64,000 bases of DNA from Dimorphilus gyrociliatus (lineage: Eukaryota; Animalia; Annelida). The position numbers and the translations under genes were made by a program. Under the pieces are notes generated by a model. That model worked only from the letters and a program-made list of their open reading frames with translations. It searched no databases and had not been told where the DNA came from. The stretch lies in contig CAJFCJ010000003.1 of assembly GCA_904063045.1 (NCBI GenBank), positions 1,488,001 to 1,552,000 of the forward strand, given 5' to 3'. Below are positions 50,001-62,199 of the stretch, piece after piece. How positions within the stretch are numbered: position 1 is the first letter of the stretch; each line of letters opens with the position of its first letter.

Positions 50001-50597
50001 AGGTATTGGTTCCAGAACACTGTCTGTTGGCTGCAATTGATGTGATATATTGATAGGATTCTTTGAGCTGTCGCTTGCTGATGAAGTTTCGGAAACATCA
50101 TCACCTCGAGGGTCCGACAATTTCTCGATGTTCATGGAAGCTGGCGGTGGATCCGGGAAATCTTGACAGGTCCATCTACCTTTTTTATATGGATTTCGGC
50201 TTTGTAATTTAATAATTTTAAATCGTGATTGTGTATCGCCTTTAATAGCTGATGTTTTTTGAGCAACATCGTAAAGAATCGTTTCAGATTCAGTATCAAC
50301 AGATTCAGTTGTTTTCATTTCTTTGGACGTTTCCTCTGTTTTTGTACTGTCTGTAAGATCTTCGTCTAGACTTTCGTCGGCGTCTAAATCATTCGGATTC
50401 GAAAGACTAGAGTGTTTACCGGCTGAGTTAGCGGAGTCGGATACTAGCTGCGAAACCTTTGTAATTTGAAAGCCAGTTGCTTTCTTTTTTTTTGCACCAA
50501 TATCGGCGTCGTATTGAAGAGAATTTCTCCTCGACAGATTCTCTTCAACTTCACCAGCCATCTTTTTCTCGTCCCCACCTCCACCACCACTGGACAT
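41035..50597 (-). CDS. TSC22D1: TSC22 domain family protein (bunched/TSC22D1-like), long isoform: exon 50597-49684 spliced over an 8.4-kb intron to exon 41285-41035
   Basis: Long-isoform motif 1 [12 protein letters not shown] and motif 2 [20 protein letters not shown]. The phase-2 donor GG|gtatgt joins ctacag|T GGT GCA to give [40 protein letters not shown] (TSC box and leucine zipper). Paralogue assignment is uncertain. Confidence 0.92.
41778..41944 (-). CDS. Candidate alternative first exon of TSC22D ([17 protein letters not shown]...[18 protein letters not shown])
   Basis: 55 open codons plus 2 nt from ATG to an AT|gtaaga donor. Phase 2 matches the shared TSC-box exon. Inr-like TCAGTT about 35-40 nt upstream. 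Confidence 0.55.
42511..42773. promoter_or_regulatory. Pair of perfect CRE palindromes (TGACGTCA at 42511-42518 and 42766-42773) in the TSC22D intron
   Basis: Direct sequence match; additional TGACG half-sites lie nearby. Confidence 0.55.
42667..42710 (-). CDS. Candidate alternative first exon of TSC22D ([15 protein letters not shown])
   Basis: ATG, 14 codons, then AG|gtgata donor in phase 2; lies between two perfect CREs. Confidence 0.4.
47303..47424 (-). CDS. Candidate alternative first exon of TSC22D ([40 protein letters not shown])
   Basis: 40 open codons plus AT|gtatgt donor in phase 2. Three nearby upstream ATGs (short uORFs) lower confidence. Confidence 0.38.
47925..48338 (-). CDS. 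138-codon coding exon nested in the TSC22D intron (alternative exon or separate small gene)
   Basis: Preceded by a 78-nt GT-AG intron (48421-48344) and followed by a strong AAC|gtaagg donor. Protein-like composition (RSRSH, RSQSV, KRFVTF). The phase-0 donor cannot join the TSC-box exon directly. Confidence 0.5.
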
Positions 50598-50787
50598 TTA
50601 ACGGCTCTTTATCACAATTGCTACCGAATAATCACATACAATAGGCACCAAGTATCCATAGTCAATTCTCCGCTTCTAATCAACAGACTCGCCCTGGAGT
50701 TCACTTAAATAAATCACCAGTTTAACGACGAAAAACAAATTAAATCCACGCTTTTTTCATCCAGACAGACAACGAGCAATGGCGGAG

Positions 50788-50799
50788 CGTGACGTCACG
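50788..50799. promoter_or_regulatory. 12-bp perfect palindrome CGTGACGTCACG (CRE/ATF site) upstream of the TSC22D long isoform
   Basis: Direct sequence; about 190 bp upstream of the ATG at 50597. Confidence 0.6.
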
Positions 50800-51530
50800 A
50801 ATCGTCTGCAAGAATTATCCACCCCGCCTTCTATTTTGAAAATAATCGAACAGTATCTTAAAAGTAAAACTTACAATCGTGATTAAAAAGTAGGTTTATT
50901 ATTGTAGCTTTTATAATAACTTTTGCCAAAGTTTTCAGCAGAGAGAAATCGATTTTGTAGCAAATATTCACCAATGGCGAGAGAACGTTAGCAGAAGGTT
51001 CTCAGGTAGGCCTAAATAGACAGATGGCGCTCTTCAATCACGTGCTAGCGTGTTGCCATCCTAAAGGAAAATCGATTTGAATTACAAATCGATTTTTTAA
51101 CATTGATCAGACTTATTTATTTAAATTTTTCTTATGTAAAGTATATATGACGCCAAAAATGCACAAGTTTTTTTTCGATTTTTTTTTTGAGGCGCAACAA
51201 CTATTTGTTTAAAATTGTTCAATTTTATAGAAAACTTTAGCCTATAATCAATACGCTAATTCATGTATATTTAAACGTGTAAAATACATGTGCATTAATA
51301 ACTTTCGATATGAGTGTAGTTATATAGTGAAAAGCTAATACTTAACTAAGCATCATTCAAGACACATATATAATATTGCGAATATCTGAAAAAGAAATCG
51401 TAGTTCTATACTTAATATGGGCATAGCTAAAAATTTTTTTATGCAGTACAGTGTAGAATCTATGTATAAAGTATGCAAATATTCATATCGCATACTACAC
51501 AGATAATATATATTACAGAATACAGTACTT

Positions 51531-51599
51531 ATATATATATATATATATATACTTATGTATGTACAGTATATCTATATATACATATATATATATATATAT
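51531..51599. repeat. Interrupted (AT)n microsatellite
   Basis: About 10 perfect AT units at 51531-51550 and a second run ending at 51599. Similar runs occur near 40461-40500, 40780-40825 and 62892-62912. Confidence 0.85.
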
Positions 51600-52150
51600 C
51601 AATTTTACATATATTATGAAATATAAAGATGGTGTATATAAATCTGCATGACTACAGAATATTTTTTATACTGAGAAAACACTGTCATCCATTCTGTATA
51701 CTCTATGCATAAGATAATAAGTGTTAAAATTCATAAAGTTATAAAAAAAATTTCGTTCATATTAATGATAGTTAACAGTCTTTGTAGATTGTATGTCATT
51801 TACAATGGCTGAATTGTCAGTCGTTAAAAAATGAGAAAACCATTTGGCGTTTTGCCATTGTTGAATACGTTACAGGGTCATATTGATCTAACAATGTTTA
51901 ATAAAATTACGAATATATAATATAAACGAAGAAAAAACTAACATTTTTTTAAAAAAGAAAAATGTCTGTTATTTTAAAATGGAACATTGTTAAAATATCT
52001 GAAATAGGTATTAAACGCATGGAGATTGTAATAAAAGGGGTTTTAAGCGTTAAAATGTTACGATAGATGTCGCAGCTGGTTCGTAGTTACGTGATCGATG
52101 AAAAAGTGGTAACAATACCAACAAGACGAACTTAAAAAAACTTTGCTAAA

Positions 52151-53305
52151 ATGTCTCTTCTATATACCCGACCAACTATCCAGACGGAAATCCCGGCGGA
52201 AATCAGAGAGCATTATACCACCACGAATTCTACTTATGGATTAGCCTGGGAGCATGATAAAATACAGGACACAAGGGACGTAATTCAAAAGAGCTAACTA
52301 ATAAAAATTAATTCAATTAAAATATCATTATCAATATTTTTCGGTGTCATTTTGTAGTAGATTTGTAAACGAAGATAAAATCACCCTAACCAACTAAATT
52401 AATAAAACTGACTCAATAAGTTTATAAGTTGCTTGAAAGGTCATAGTTTGAATATCGTCCCTTTAGGCCAATTGCTCATCATAGCTACTGCACGACAGCA
52501 AAGAAGGAGAATCTTCCAAAGGATTTAGGAGCATTATGCCTAAGTCATAATCCAGAGGAACCGTGTGGTATTATGACCATGTCAAATGTGCCGACAAACA
52601 CAAGAGGAGAATTTACCAATATCCGTAATGACTTATACGGAAATGACCAAGGACCTTGGTCAAATGCAATGTTTAATACGGATGGTGCGATTATTGAGCG
52701 ACCTCTTGGAACTTATTCCAATTTACAGGTATGGTAAAAAAAATCTCAAGGTTGAATTTTGCAAGATATTCAGAACATCACGTACTTGAAATAGTCAATC
52801 TTTTTGTCTTTCTATTTGCAATTGTCTCGGGTTCAGCTTATAGCTCATATAAAGCAAAAAAACAAAAATTAGTCATAAATCAAACTGAACCTTTTCTTTT
52901 TTTTTATCTCTTTCTACATGCGAAACGAACATTAGAAATAACAAATAAATTGTTAAACATTCAGTCTAGTATTATTTAAAGAAGAATAATTAAGTCGCGT
53001 GCATGATGGATTAGTCTATAAATCTTTAAATGTAGTATCTACAAAGTTGAATTGAGCTTGCATCCTTTTTTCAATGTATTTTTTTTAATAAATAAAAAAA
53101 TTACTATATTTTACAGGGCGGCTGGTCAAGATTAGGCAGCAGTACTTATGATGTAATGCATGCTCCCGGTAGTTGGTGTCATCGTTGGGGAACGTTGTGT
53201 GAAGAACCTCCGGCTGTAAGAGAACTAAGAGATCATAAAAACGTTGACCCGAGGGATAATTGGGTACCGAAAGATCCAAGACCACAAAATCAAAGATATC
53301 ATTGA
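52151..53305 (+). CDS. Uncharacterised ~199-aa protein, 3 exons (52151-52279, 52447-52728, 53117-53305)
   Basis: Three GC-elevated blocks join in phase 0 through GT-AG introns into one open frame: MSLLYTRPTIQTEIPAEIREHYTTTNSTYGLAWEHDKIQDTRD|FEYRPFRPIAHHSYCTT...YSNLQ|GGWSRLGSSTYD...PRPQNQRYH*. The ORF track does not show this frame. Confidence 0.7.
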
Positions 53306-56300
53306 CAGACCTATTATGCTATTATGTTTCTAAAGAATATTTTCGCACGCTAAGAAATCAAGTACAATTTTTTTAAATAAAAGCACAAAGAGGAAGTTTA
53401 AATAACTTTCGTTTGAAACCACATTGGCTTAAAGTTTGAAACCATTGTATCCTACAAACAGAGTTTGTAAAAAGGTACTCGTTTTTGGATATTTGATCTT
53501 TTTAAGAGGTGGCTTGACAAAATTTCGTAATAAACTTAAACCTTTCTACATCAGTAAGAGAATAATGTTTGAAAAGTGAATGAAAATATCGAAGCTCTCA
53601 TTAATATTAATTAGAATAAATGTATACAGTACTCGCCTGTCCTAGTCGCAGTATTTCTTTTTAATTGATACAATCAATTAATTTAACAGTACCTGTTAAT
53701 CGTGAAGAATAGCTTCTTGAATTTATAGGCTTCAAGACACGCTTAGCATTTAAATTCTTTTATTTGAAACACTTGCTATTGTTGATTTTTCTGCTAAATT
53801 ACAAAGACAACTATCATAAAAAAGATTTGAACTGATAAAAAGACAAATAATTCACTCGTATTTTTGATCTAAGGTCAAGAGACGTTGTTAAATAAAAAAA
53901 CGTTTGTTTGGTATTGTCGATTGATAAATATTCAAATTAGCCTTGTTTTTATTTTTTATCTTCCATTTATTATTCTTTTTAAAAGAGAACTACAGAATAA
54001 AAACAATAGGTTTAAGATTAAGTGATAGACAGGGAAAAATCCAAAAACTTGTTTGCTTTTCAAAGTATTCGAGATTAATATTCCAAATTAATTTGTTTAT
54101 GACAATTTAATGTTCTTATTCCTTATTTAATTAGCATTAATTCTAAGTAAATCTGACATTGATAGAGTGTTAGATGATTCATATCGTATAGTAACTGGCC
54201 CATTTATCAAATCATAAATAATTTCGTATTAAATTTAAGTTAGGAAATACTTTAAAATAAAACTGTATAGACTTATTTAGATAGAAAATTTTGCTTATTT
54301 AATAAATAGCAGAACGATTACTAACGCATTTATTACTTTAGATAACAAAACATTAACTCCACTCTGGAATAAATAAAGCTGATTAAGCATAAACAGCAAT
54401 GGTGAGAGAGCTTTCATGATAATGAATTTTAGCATGTTTATCGTGTGTTCAAATCAATATTTAATTAGCCGAAGTAGGTTTCTATATCCTATTATTTTTT
54501 AAATATCGGAATATTTAAGGTCAAACTGCGACGTAAATTTTTCAATTCCACTTTCAAGTGTAAGGGTATATCGATATTTCAAATACTTAACTTTTTCAAC
54601 TATATGGCTAAGAAGAACACTACTAATTTATCAAAACTTTCAACACGTTAGTATATCTATTTTATTGTCTAATTCAATAGAAATGAGAAATGAAATTTCC
54701 TTTGTAGAATAAACAGTATAGATTACATTTTATGATTCTCCTATACTTATACGATATTCAGTTGTCTATGTAATAGAATAATGGAAGATGCTGTGAGTGT
54801 TTTCAACAACTATACCTTCTCCTCAAAACGGAATTTTTTACATTTCATAATAATTATCAGTTGGTATATTTACTATTTGGCGTGTAAACCATTAATAATT
54901 TTAAAGTATAAATATTCTATAGTTCACCAGATGGCGTATTTTATTATTTTATGATAAACCATTTGGTACAATAGTAAGGTACAAAAGTCATATTAGATAA
55001 GTTCAAAATAAAAACAATTGAAAACGAGATTACAAGAATGTTCTTAAAGGATACCAACGTCAATGACTAAAATTTTTACGTAGACGATCAAACTAAATGT
55101 TTATTATCATAAATAAACTCTTTTATCTAATATAAACTTATTAATAAAGAATGATTGCATCTTTCGAGAGATGGGACACGCTTGTTATTTATTTCATAAA
55201 AGAGGAATAGATGGTATCGACATAGTTTGGAACATTACTAATTACATTAATAAAGGAGCACTTAATTATATATTTTACATACAAATATACGTACATTTAT
55301 ACATATCTACATTTGTTGTACTTCTATACTTGCATATACACGTTAAGTAAACATTATCAACAGCTTTTGAATATAGGCGCAATTTTTTGTTCCATACTCT
55401 TCCACAGTACATTTTTTTTCAAACGAAACATTCTTAAGATAGAGAACTAATCTTTTCATGTTTGCTGTAAAGCATATAGAGGAGCGTATAGTTAAAATAT
55501 TAATTATGCTGAAAGAAGATATACTGTCTAATTTTATCATACATTTTACTCAGGAAAATGAGTAATTAGTTGTCTCTTTATCTATCACATGTTTATTTAT
55601 CACTTTTATAAAAAAATGTCTGATTTTAACAAATTTTTCTATATATTTTTGTTGCGTTCAGAGATATATAAGTGCTTTTTTATTCCTTATTAATATTCTG
55701 TTATCGTCAATAGTCCAAACCGAACATGTCAATAGGAACAAAAAAACGTATAAAAGTTATCATATGTTCCAGTTATGTAAAAAACAGAATTGACACTAAA
55801 ATAGAACATTTTGTGACGTTAGCAGAATTTTCATAATAAAATGTTAATTTCACTAAAAACCAAATTTATTATGTTGATATAATTAATTTATAGGTCGTAC
55901 CAATTGTATTATTGCTGAGTTAATGTTAGTAAGTGACGATAGATGTCGTATTTGGCTTATATATATACTTGATTAATGAAAAAGCAAATATTAAGTGACC
56001 TTGCATTATACATCGTTCAAGTACTCGACTAGTAATCAAGTATGAACTCTTAGCATAATTTTTTAAATATAAATTCTACATATCGACTGTCACCGTATGT
56101 GTGCAGAAAATATATCTAGGGACATTATTCAAAACTTTTATAAATAGCTGCATTAATCCGATTGAAATACTATTATAGAAAAAAAGTTGAATGTTATTTT
56201 AGCATAAATTTATAAGCTCGAACGAAAATACAGCAACTAATTTAAATCGATTGAATCTTTAAGTTTCGTTGGTAGAGGTCAACATTAAATAAAATAACTT

Positions 56301-58074
56301 TTCGTTTAACTATAAGACACTTTCGTTAATTTATAATCATTAAAAAATTCTTAGGCTGAAGGTTTAAAGATAAGAAACTCATTTAATATTTAATTGTCTC
56401 CTGTGCACAAAATCAAAAAACAAATTATCATAAGCTAGACTGGTTCATTTATCATCTTCCACATGTGAAGTGAACGTTAAAAGAAACAAATAGTTAAACG
56501 CTTGTCCTACTGGTGTTCGGAGAAGTAAAACTACCAATCAGATCCAAAATTTTTTTGTTAATTTTCTCATCTGCAATAATAAATAACCTGTTGTCAATTT
56601 ATAATTGAATAATTCCTTGTCAACATTTAAAAGGTGACTATATGACAGTTCACTTAACGATATGAAATCCAGGTGAACATCTATGTGACACAAAGATAGA
56701 AATATATAAGGAACATAAATGAAAGATCTAGAAACAAAGTCAAATATTCTTTTGTTTATTGACGAGTATATTTACTCATAACTATATAAATTTTAGACAA
56801 AAAGACAAAAAAGAATCAAGTTAATATAACTGTCTTATATTGGAAATGGGGAAAGGTCCAAATTAATAGCTTAATACTACGAGTAATTTGGTAAAATATA
56901 GATGCTCCTGGATAGTTAATGTTTCTGTGGCTTTATATAACAAAAGGGAATAAATCAAGACTGAATATCATTGGAAAAATGAAAAAAATGTTTATTTTTC
57001 ACTTTAGGTACAAAAAATTTGCATTTTACTTATACTGTATTAGTTAATTTTAAGCTTATATTTGTTTCTCTATTTGACTGTCTAAAGAGTCAATTATAGC
57101 ACTATAATTTTCATATTTCAACAAGTGCAAAATGCAGTGTTTAGTAGTGATCAGGTATACAAATGACCACAGCTTTCGCTAAAAAGATATATGAGATGAT
57201 AATGGAAGACGAATATTTAAAATATCGTTTGCCTGGCAATTTCTCCAGATCTTTTGAAGTTTATAATGGTAATTATTGATAATAAACATGTATAAGTATT
57301 GTTTTTAATGTCTTCTTGTGCCGTCTTTTTCAGGATTTAAAAACCAAGTTTCTATTGTAGAAGAGTTTGTAATTTAAAAAGAATTTTTTTGCTCTACTCC
57401 AAATGTCATATCAAAAGAACGAAGAATTCAATTAGGTCAAATTATTAGTTTTACTCTACTTTTATCTGGAAATTAGAAAAATACAGTTATGATAAGACTA
57501 ATAAATTCAAGTTGAATATATGCTTCTATATGATAGTAATATGATAATAAAGTATGATGTTTAACTATATGTGACTGTATTTGCATAAATAGGTTAGTTA
57601 AATTATCTATGAAAAGTTATATTAAGTATATTACTCAAAATAAATGAATGAAATGATAGTATTAATGAAGAGTAGAGAAAAATAAGAAAAGTGAATTTTA
57701 TGTAAGAATATTACAAAATATAATCTAATTAAGATATTATGCTAAATTCTTTTTAAAATTGCGAATCGTCTTAAAAGTTATGTTAATATTCTTATTAAAA
57801 GATTTCTTTTTTAATATGAATATGTCTAGTATATGTAAATATATGTACATTATTCTAATAAATGTTTATCCAATGATCGATGGCGGAGAAACTATTAAAA
57901 TATTCCCTACAGCTTTATCCGGAAGTTATTTGAGAGAAAAATTATTTTGACAAGCTCAACACTACATTCACTTCTAACTTTCATCGTTCTTTAATAATTT
58001 TATGGAGTGAGGTCTTTAAACTTTACTTTACATGGTAAAGAGACTTCTTTCTTTACTTTTTCAAACTGTTGAGA

Positions 58075-59406
58075 ATGAGACAGTCGTTTGAAGTCATGTA
58101 CTCGCAAATATTACTTTTTTTAATTTGGATGCAGAGTTTCTCATCATGTGAAAGTAAAGCTTCTCTTTCGAAAACTACCGCTTTAAAGAATACCAGCCAG
58201 GTGTTTGGTAGGACAAATGTAACAGAATATGACAGATTTTCTTCTAACGAAGTTACTACAAGAATGAATGAAAACAACAGTTCATGTTTAATATGTGCTA
58301 TAAGCAAAGAAGCAGTTTCAAATTGTAAACATTTTTTCAAACATATAGAGACTTCCAGTAAAAGAGATGAGAAAATTACTGAGGATAGTAACAATACCCA
58401 TAATAATTTAGCAATTCAGAATTCAGGAATAACTTTTGGTATTTTTGGTATATTTGGAAATACTTTGGTCATTATTGGTTTATATCAAAAAGAGATAAAA
58501 ATTCATGAACTACTAATTATTAATCAGAGCGTGATAGACGCACTTTGTTGCCTTTCTGTGATTCTACATTCGATATGGGTGTTGGGTAAAGAAATGGTAT
58601 ATACTAATATCTCTTGGTGGCTAAGAGAAATTCAATGTAGAATAGTCAAAGGAGAAACTCTCCTCTGGGGATTGATGAATGTTTCAACAACAAACCTATG
58701 TGTTTTAACTTTAGAAAGATATATAGCAATAGTATTTCCTATGTTTCATCATGTGTATGTAACAAAATTTAGAGCTAAAATATGCGTATTTATTACTTGG
58801 ATTCTTGGCTTAAGTTTTCAAGTAGTTAGTTCTGTAAATATAAATAGAATGGTTAATGACAAATGCGAGTTTTGGCATCATTTCATTATACCAAATGGTA
58901 AAAAATTTCTCGGAGTGTTCTTGTTTGTAGTAGAATGGTTACTACCTATAATTTTACTAATAGTTTGTAATTGCCATATGGCTTGGATCATACACAAAAG
59001 TAGAAATTTTGGAAAGCAGACAGAAGATTCCCTCGATAACAAAAAAATTGCAGCCAGAAACAATTTATTTAAAACGTTACTTTTCGTTGGTATGGGTTTT
59101 TTTGTATGCAATAGTTGGAATGCAATCTTTTTCTTATTATATAACGTTGGTGTTTCAAGTAGCGTTATCGATTTAAATTCAACTTTCTTTCTTGTAACTA
59201 TTATTGTTTACATGGCTAATCCTATAATAAACCCATTCGTCTACACGCTCCAATATGAGCATTTTCGGCGTCGTCTATATTTCATTCTATTCAAGTGCAG
59301 AAATAGGACTAACGCATCTGTTGATGAGGAGGTTTCTAACAAAACGAGAAAATTCGAATACTTTACGACGAATAGTAGCAGAAATACTGAACGAGACAGC
59401 AAATAA
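58075..59406 (+). CDS. Intronless rhodopsin-like (class A) GPCR, orphan/peptide-receptor-like
   Basis: Seven hydrophobic segments: GIFGNTLV (TM1), NQSVID (TM2), CRIV...LTLERYIAIVFP (TM3), ITWILG (TM4), WLLPIILL (TM5), TM6, NPIINPFVY (TM7), then YEHFRR (helix 8). First ATG at 58075; alternative ATG at 58096 gives a signal-peptide-like start. Confidence 0.93.
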   Translation: MRQSFEVMYSQILLFLIWMQSFSSCESKASLSKTTALKNTSQVFGRTNVTEYDRFSSNEVTTRMNENNSSCLICAISKEAVSNCKHFFKHIETSSKRDEKITEDSNNTHNNLAIQNSGITFGIFGIFGNTLVIIGLYQKEIKIHELLIINQSVIDALCCLSVILHSIWVLGKEMVYTNISWWLREIQCRIVKGETLLWGLMNVSTTNLCVLTLERYIAIVFPMFHHVYVTKFRAKICVFITWILGLSFQVVSSVNINRMVNDKCEFWHHFIIPNGKKFLGVFLFVVEWLLPIILLIVCNCHMAWIIHKSRNFGKQTEDSLDNKKIAARNNLFKTLLFVGMGFFVCNSWNAIFFLLYNVGVSSSVIDLNSTFFLVTIIVYMANPIINPFVYTLQYEHFRRRLYFILFKCRNRTNASVDEEVSNKTRKFEYFTTNSSRNTERDSK

Positions 59407-61548
59407 TAAATGTAGCTGTTGTCAGCGTATGCACAGTCCATTCTAAATCAATTAATATATTTATCATAAATGTTGTGTTTGGTAGAAAATAAATTTTTCG
59501 CAGCGATCTTTTCTCTAACGATTTTTTCCATAGAAAAATTGCAGAAAGATCATTTCTATAAAATGAAATAAAATTTAATAAAAAGGGAAGAGGAGGATAA
59601 ACCTCAGGGAGAATTATATATTTCCTCCAATTTTTTATCCACTTTATATTTTTTATATTACTTTTATGAAGTAAATTTACGAGACTAGCTACTTTTGTAA
59701 TTCAAATATTATAAGAATATTTATAGAAAAAGCACCAAATAATAATGCTATAAAAGAGATATTTCTAGTATTTTTATGGTTATTTATTTACTTAGTATTT
59801 TTTAAATTTATATCTTTATCTTGTTAACTATAAAGTTAAAGTTTCCATTTCCTAGTCGAGGTAGATAATCAGTCATATTTTTCTACTTACAATTAACTAA
59901 TAATGCAAAAATTAAGGACAGAGAAAGAGAAATACTAATATGAGAGAAATAAAATCATAGAAAGAAATACGCATATACAATTCACTGTACAATGTAGTTA
60001 ATATATACCCAGGATATACACCTTAGGCGTCTTTTCCTACAATAAAAAGAAATTCTATCTATTGAATAGTTGAGGAAAAGTTTATTTTTTAAATTGATCT
60101 AACTCTACAACAGATATCTGTTACTTGAACTTTAATAAATGACTATAACTGATAATCACTTAATACTTAAAATGATGGAAACATCTACATTCTTTTATTA
60201 AAAAGTAAACGAGATGCAAAGTTTCTTAGAAGAGTTTAACAGTAATGTAATTAAAATTAGTCTATTCTTAGAGCTAAAAAGTATGAGATCTCATATAAAT
60301 CACTTATTACCCAAGTTTCGCATCTTACACACACATGTATATATATATATACAGACGTATCTTACGTTTTGATGAAAGCTATTGTGTCCTAATAAGAAAC
60401 AGGTATTTATTTAATTAGAATTTGTTTATAATTTTTTATAATAAATACAATGAAATAGATAACTTAATTGAAGAGAACATAGTTTAATATATAATTTTAG
60501 CTATGTGGTTCTATATCTCTGGTTTTCTCTTTGGTATTGTTAGACAATAATTATTTCTCTGGTAATGAGATTATCATCACTTAATTAGAAAGTACTTCTA
60601 TTAAATAACATAGAGATATTATATTTAGCTATTCTGCAATGTAATTTCCTTATAGTTCACATTATTTAAGATTTCTGAGAAAAAAATGAATCAATAACTT
60701 TCTAAAGCATGAATGTAAGAGACACGAAGATATTGAAAAATTAAACTAAATTTCTCATCAATTAATTGCTAGAAAAAAACTTGACTATTGTGCTTAGGAA
60801 CACAATAAAGGAAGAATATTCTAACGTAAGCTATTGAAAACTAAAGAGGAAAGTGCTTTTTTATTATTTATTCTTATCAGCTTCACGTAGTAGGTTCTTT
60901 TTAAGAAAATAAAACTAATTAGGCGAAAGAATGTTGAAAGAAGGTTGAAAGAAGGGCTCTTATAAAAAGAAAATTAGGCGAGAAGGCCTTTACTTCGACT
61001 GCGACGTTTTAAAATATTAATCTAATCAATAATAAATGATCCTGCTAAAAGCAGATAAGTCAGGCAAACTGAACAAGATTGCAATTTATAACCGTCGTAA
61101 GATGAATATACGACTTTGTACAATACAAACATTTACTGTATGCCGTATATAAACAGAACGGTGCCAAGGTTTTATTTAATATTGGTGACGCCTTGCAACC
61201 GGTTCTAGTGATAAAAAATAACAGCGTTTGTTTTATTTATAGCAAATTTCAAGAAAAAGTGCCTTTAGAGGATCGAAATTTTAAGACTTTTACTTGATTT
61301 TGTTCAAGTATAAAAAAGAAAGATTTTCTTTTTGATTCTTGTCAGGTATTGCTTTTTCCGATGATTTCATTGTTCTCAACACATAAAATAAAATCTTTTA
61401 ATGTAAAATAGTTTCTTTTTATGATTTAACAGTATACTATATTTTTGATTGTTGATAAAAATTCTTTATATATCACTTTCTTTCTGACCTTATAAGTAGA
61501 AAAGTTTAAAATTTTACTTTTTAGGTCATCAAAACAAATAAAGTGAAA

Positions 61549-62199
61549 ATGGGTAAAAATTCAGAAGAGATTGCGGATATGCACGGTATGAAAAATCGTA
61601 AATTCAAGATGGTTGGTTCATATATGAAACGCACTGACAATCACTTGGACAGTGAACTCAAAGATTTGTCGAGGGAGCTAAAACAGAAATTAGGTAAATT
61701 AGATGGAGAGGCTGATCAAGTCAGAATGAAAGCTGAGCAATTAATAGATGAGCAAGAAAATGTTGTATTAAGTCGAAGATCTAGTACAGATGACGTAAGA
61801 CTGTCTGCACAGAGGAGAGTGAGTATCACTGGTAATGATGTATTTTTAACGCCACTACCTAAAAGTAAAGGCAGAAGGGCTAGTGTTGCTGTTGTTTCGA
61901 CTACAATTCCTAAGCCACCTGTCCGAAGAGGTTCAATAGCAGAACCAATCAAAGATTATAAAAGTAGAGGAAGAAGACAATCAGCTCCTGCTATACATCT
62001 TCCAAAAAAGGGTCAAGATCTTTCTTCAAGTTCCGCAAATTTAATCTCAAGACGGACATCAGTCGCTAGCTCTTTAGTTGAAGAAGAAGAAGAACCCGAA
62101 CCCGAACCTCTTGATAGTCTAAAGCAATGCCGATATCTAAGGATTCCAGGTCATGTTGAAAGAGAATTAAGTATTGATGAAGTTTTTGCCGATGATTGA
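61549..62199 (+). CDS. CCDC190-like protein: N-terminal coiled coil, RRxS-rich linker, C-terminal CRYLR...ELSIDEVF motif
   Basis: Single coding exon after a ttttag acceptor at 61524. The C-terminus SLKQCRYLRIPGHVERELSIDEVF resembles my recollection of the CCDC190 end ([22 protein letters not shown]). Orthology is unverified. Confidence 0.55.
   Translation: MGKNSEEIADMHGMKNRKFKMVGSYMKRTDNHLDSELKDLSRELKQKLGKLDGEADQVRMKAEQLIDEQENVVLSRRSSTDDVRLSAQRRVSITGNDVFLTPLPKSKGRRASVAVVSTTIPKPPVRRGSIAEPIKDYKSRGRRQSAPAIHLPKKGQDLSSSSANLISRRTSVASSLVEEEEEPEPEPLDSLKQCRYLRIPGHVERELSIDEVFADD

Noticed and set aside
53310-58060. 4.7-kb gene-free spacer examined for hidden exons, ncRNAs or repeats
   Set aside because: Only short AT-rich ORFs and scattered motifs; nothing I could support.
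3591-61952. Many other 60-120-aa ORFs overlapping real genes on the opposite strand or in another frame (e.g. 4183-4434, 10280-10492, 10888-11193, 17252-17617, 26239-26557, 33230-33615, 58053-58394, 61716-61952)
   Set aside because: They overlap well-supported CDSs, often use TTG/GTG starts that are not meaningful for a eukaryote, and show no recognisable protein features.
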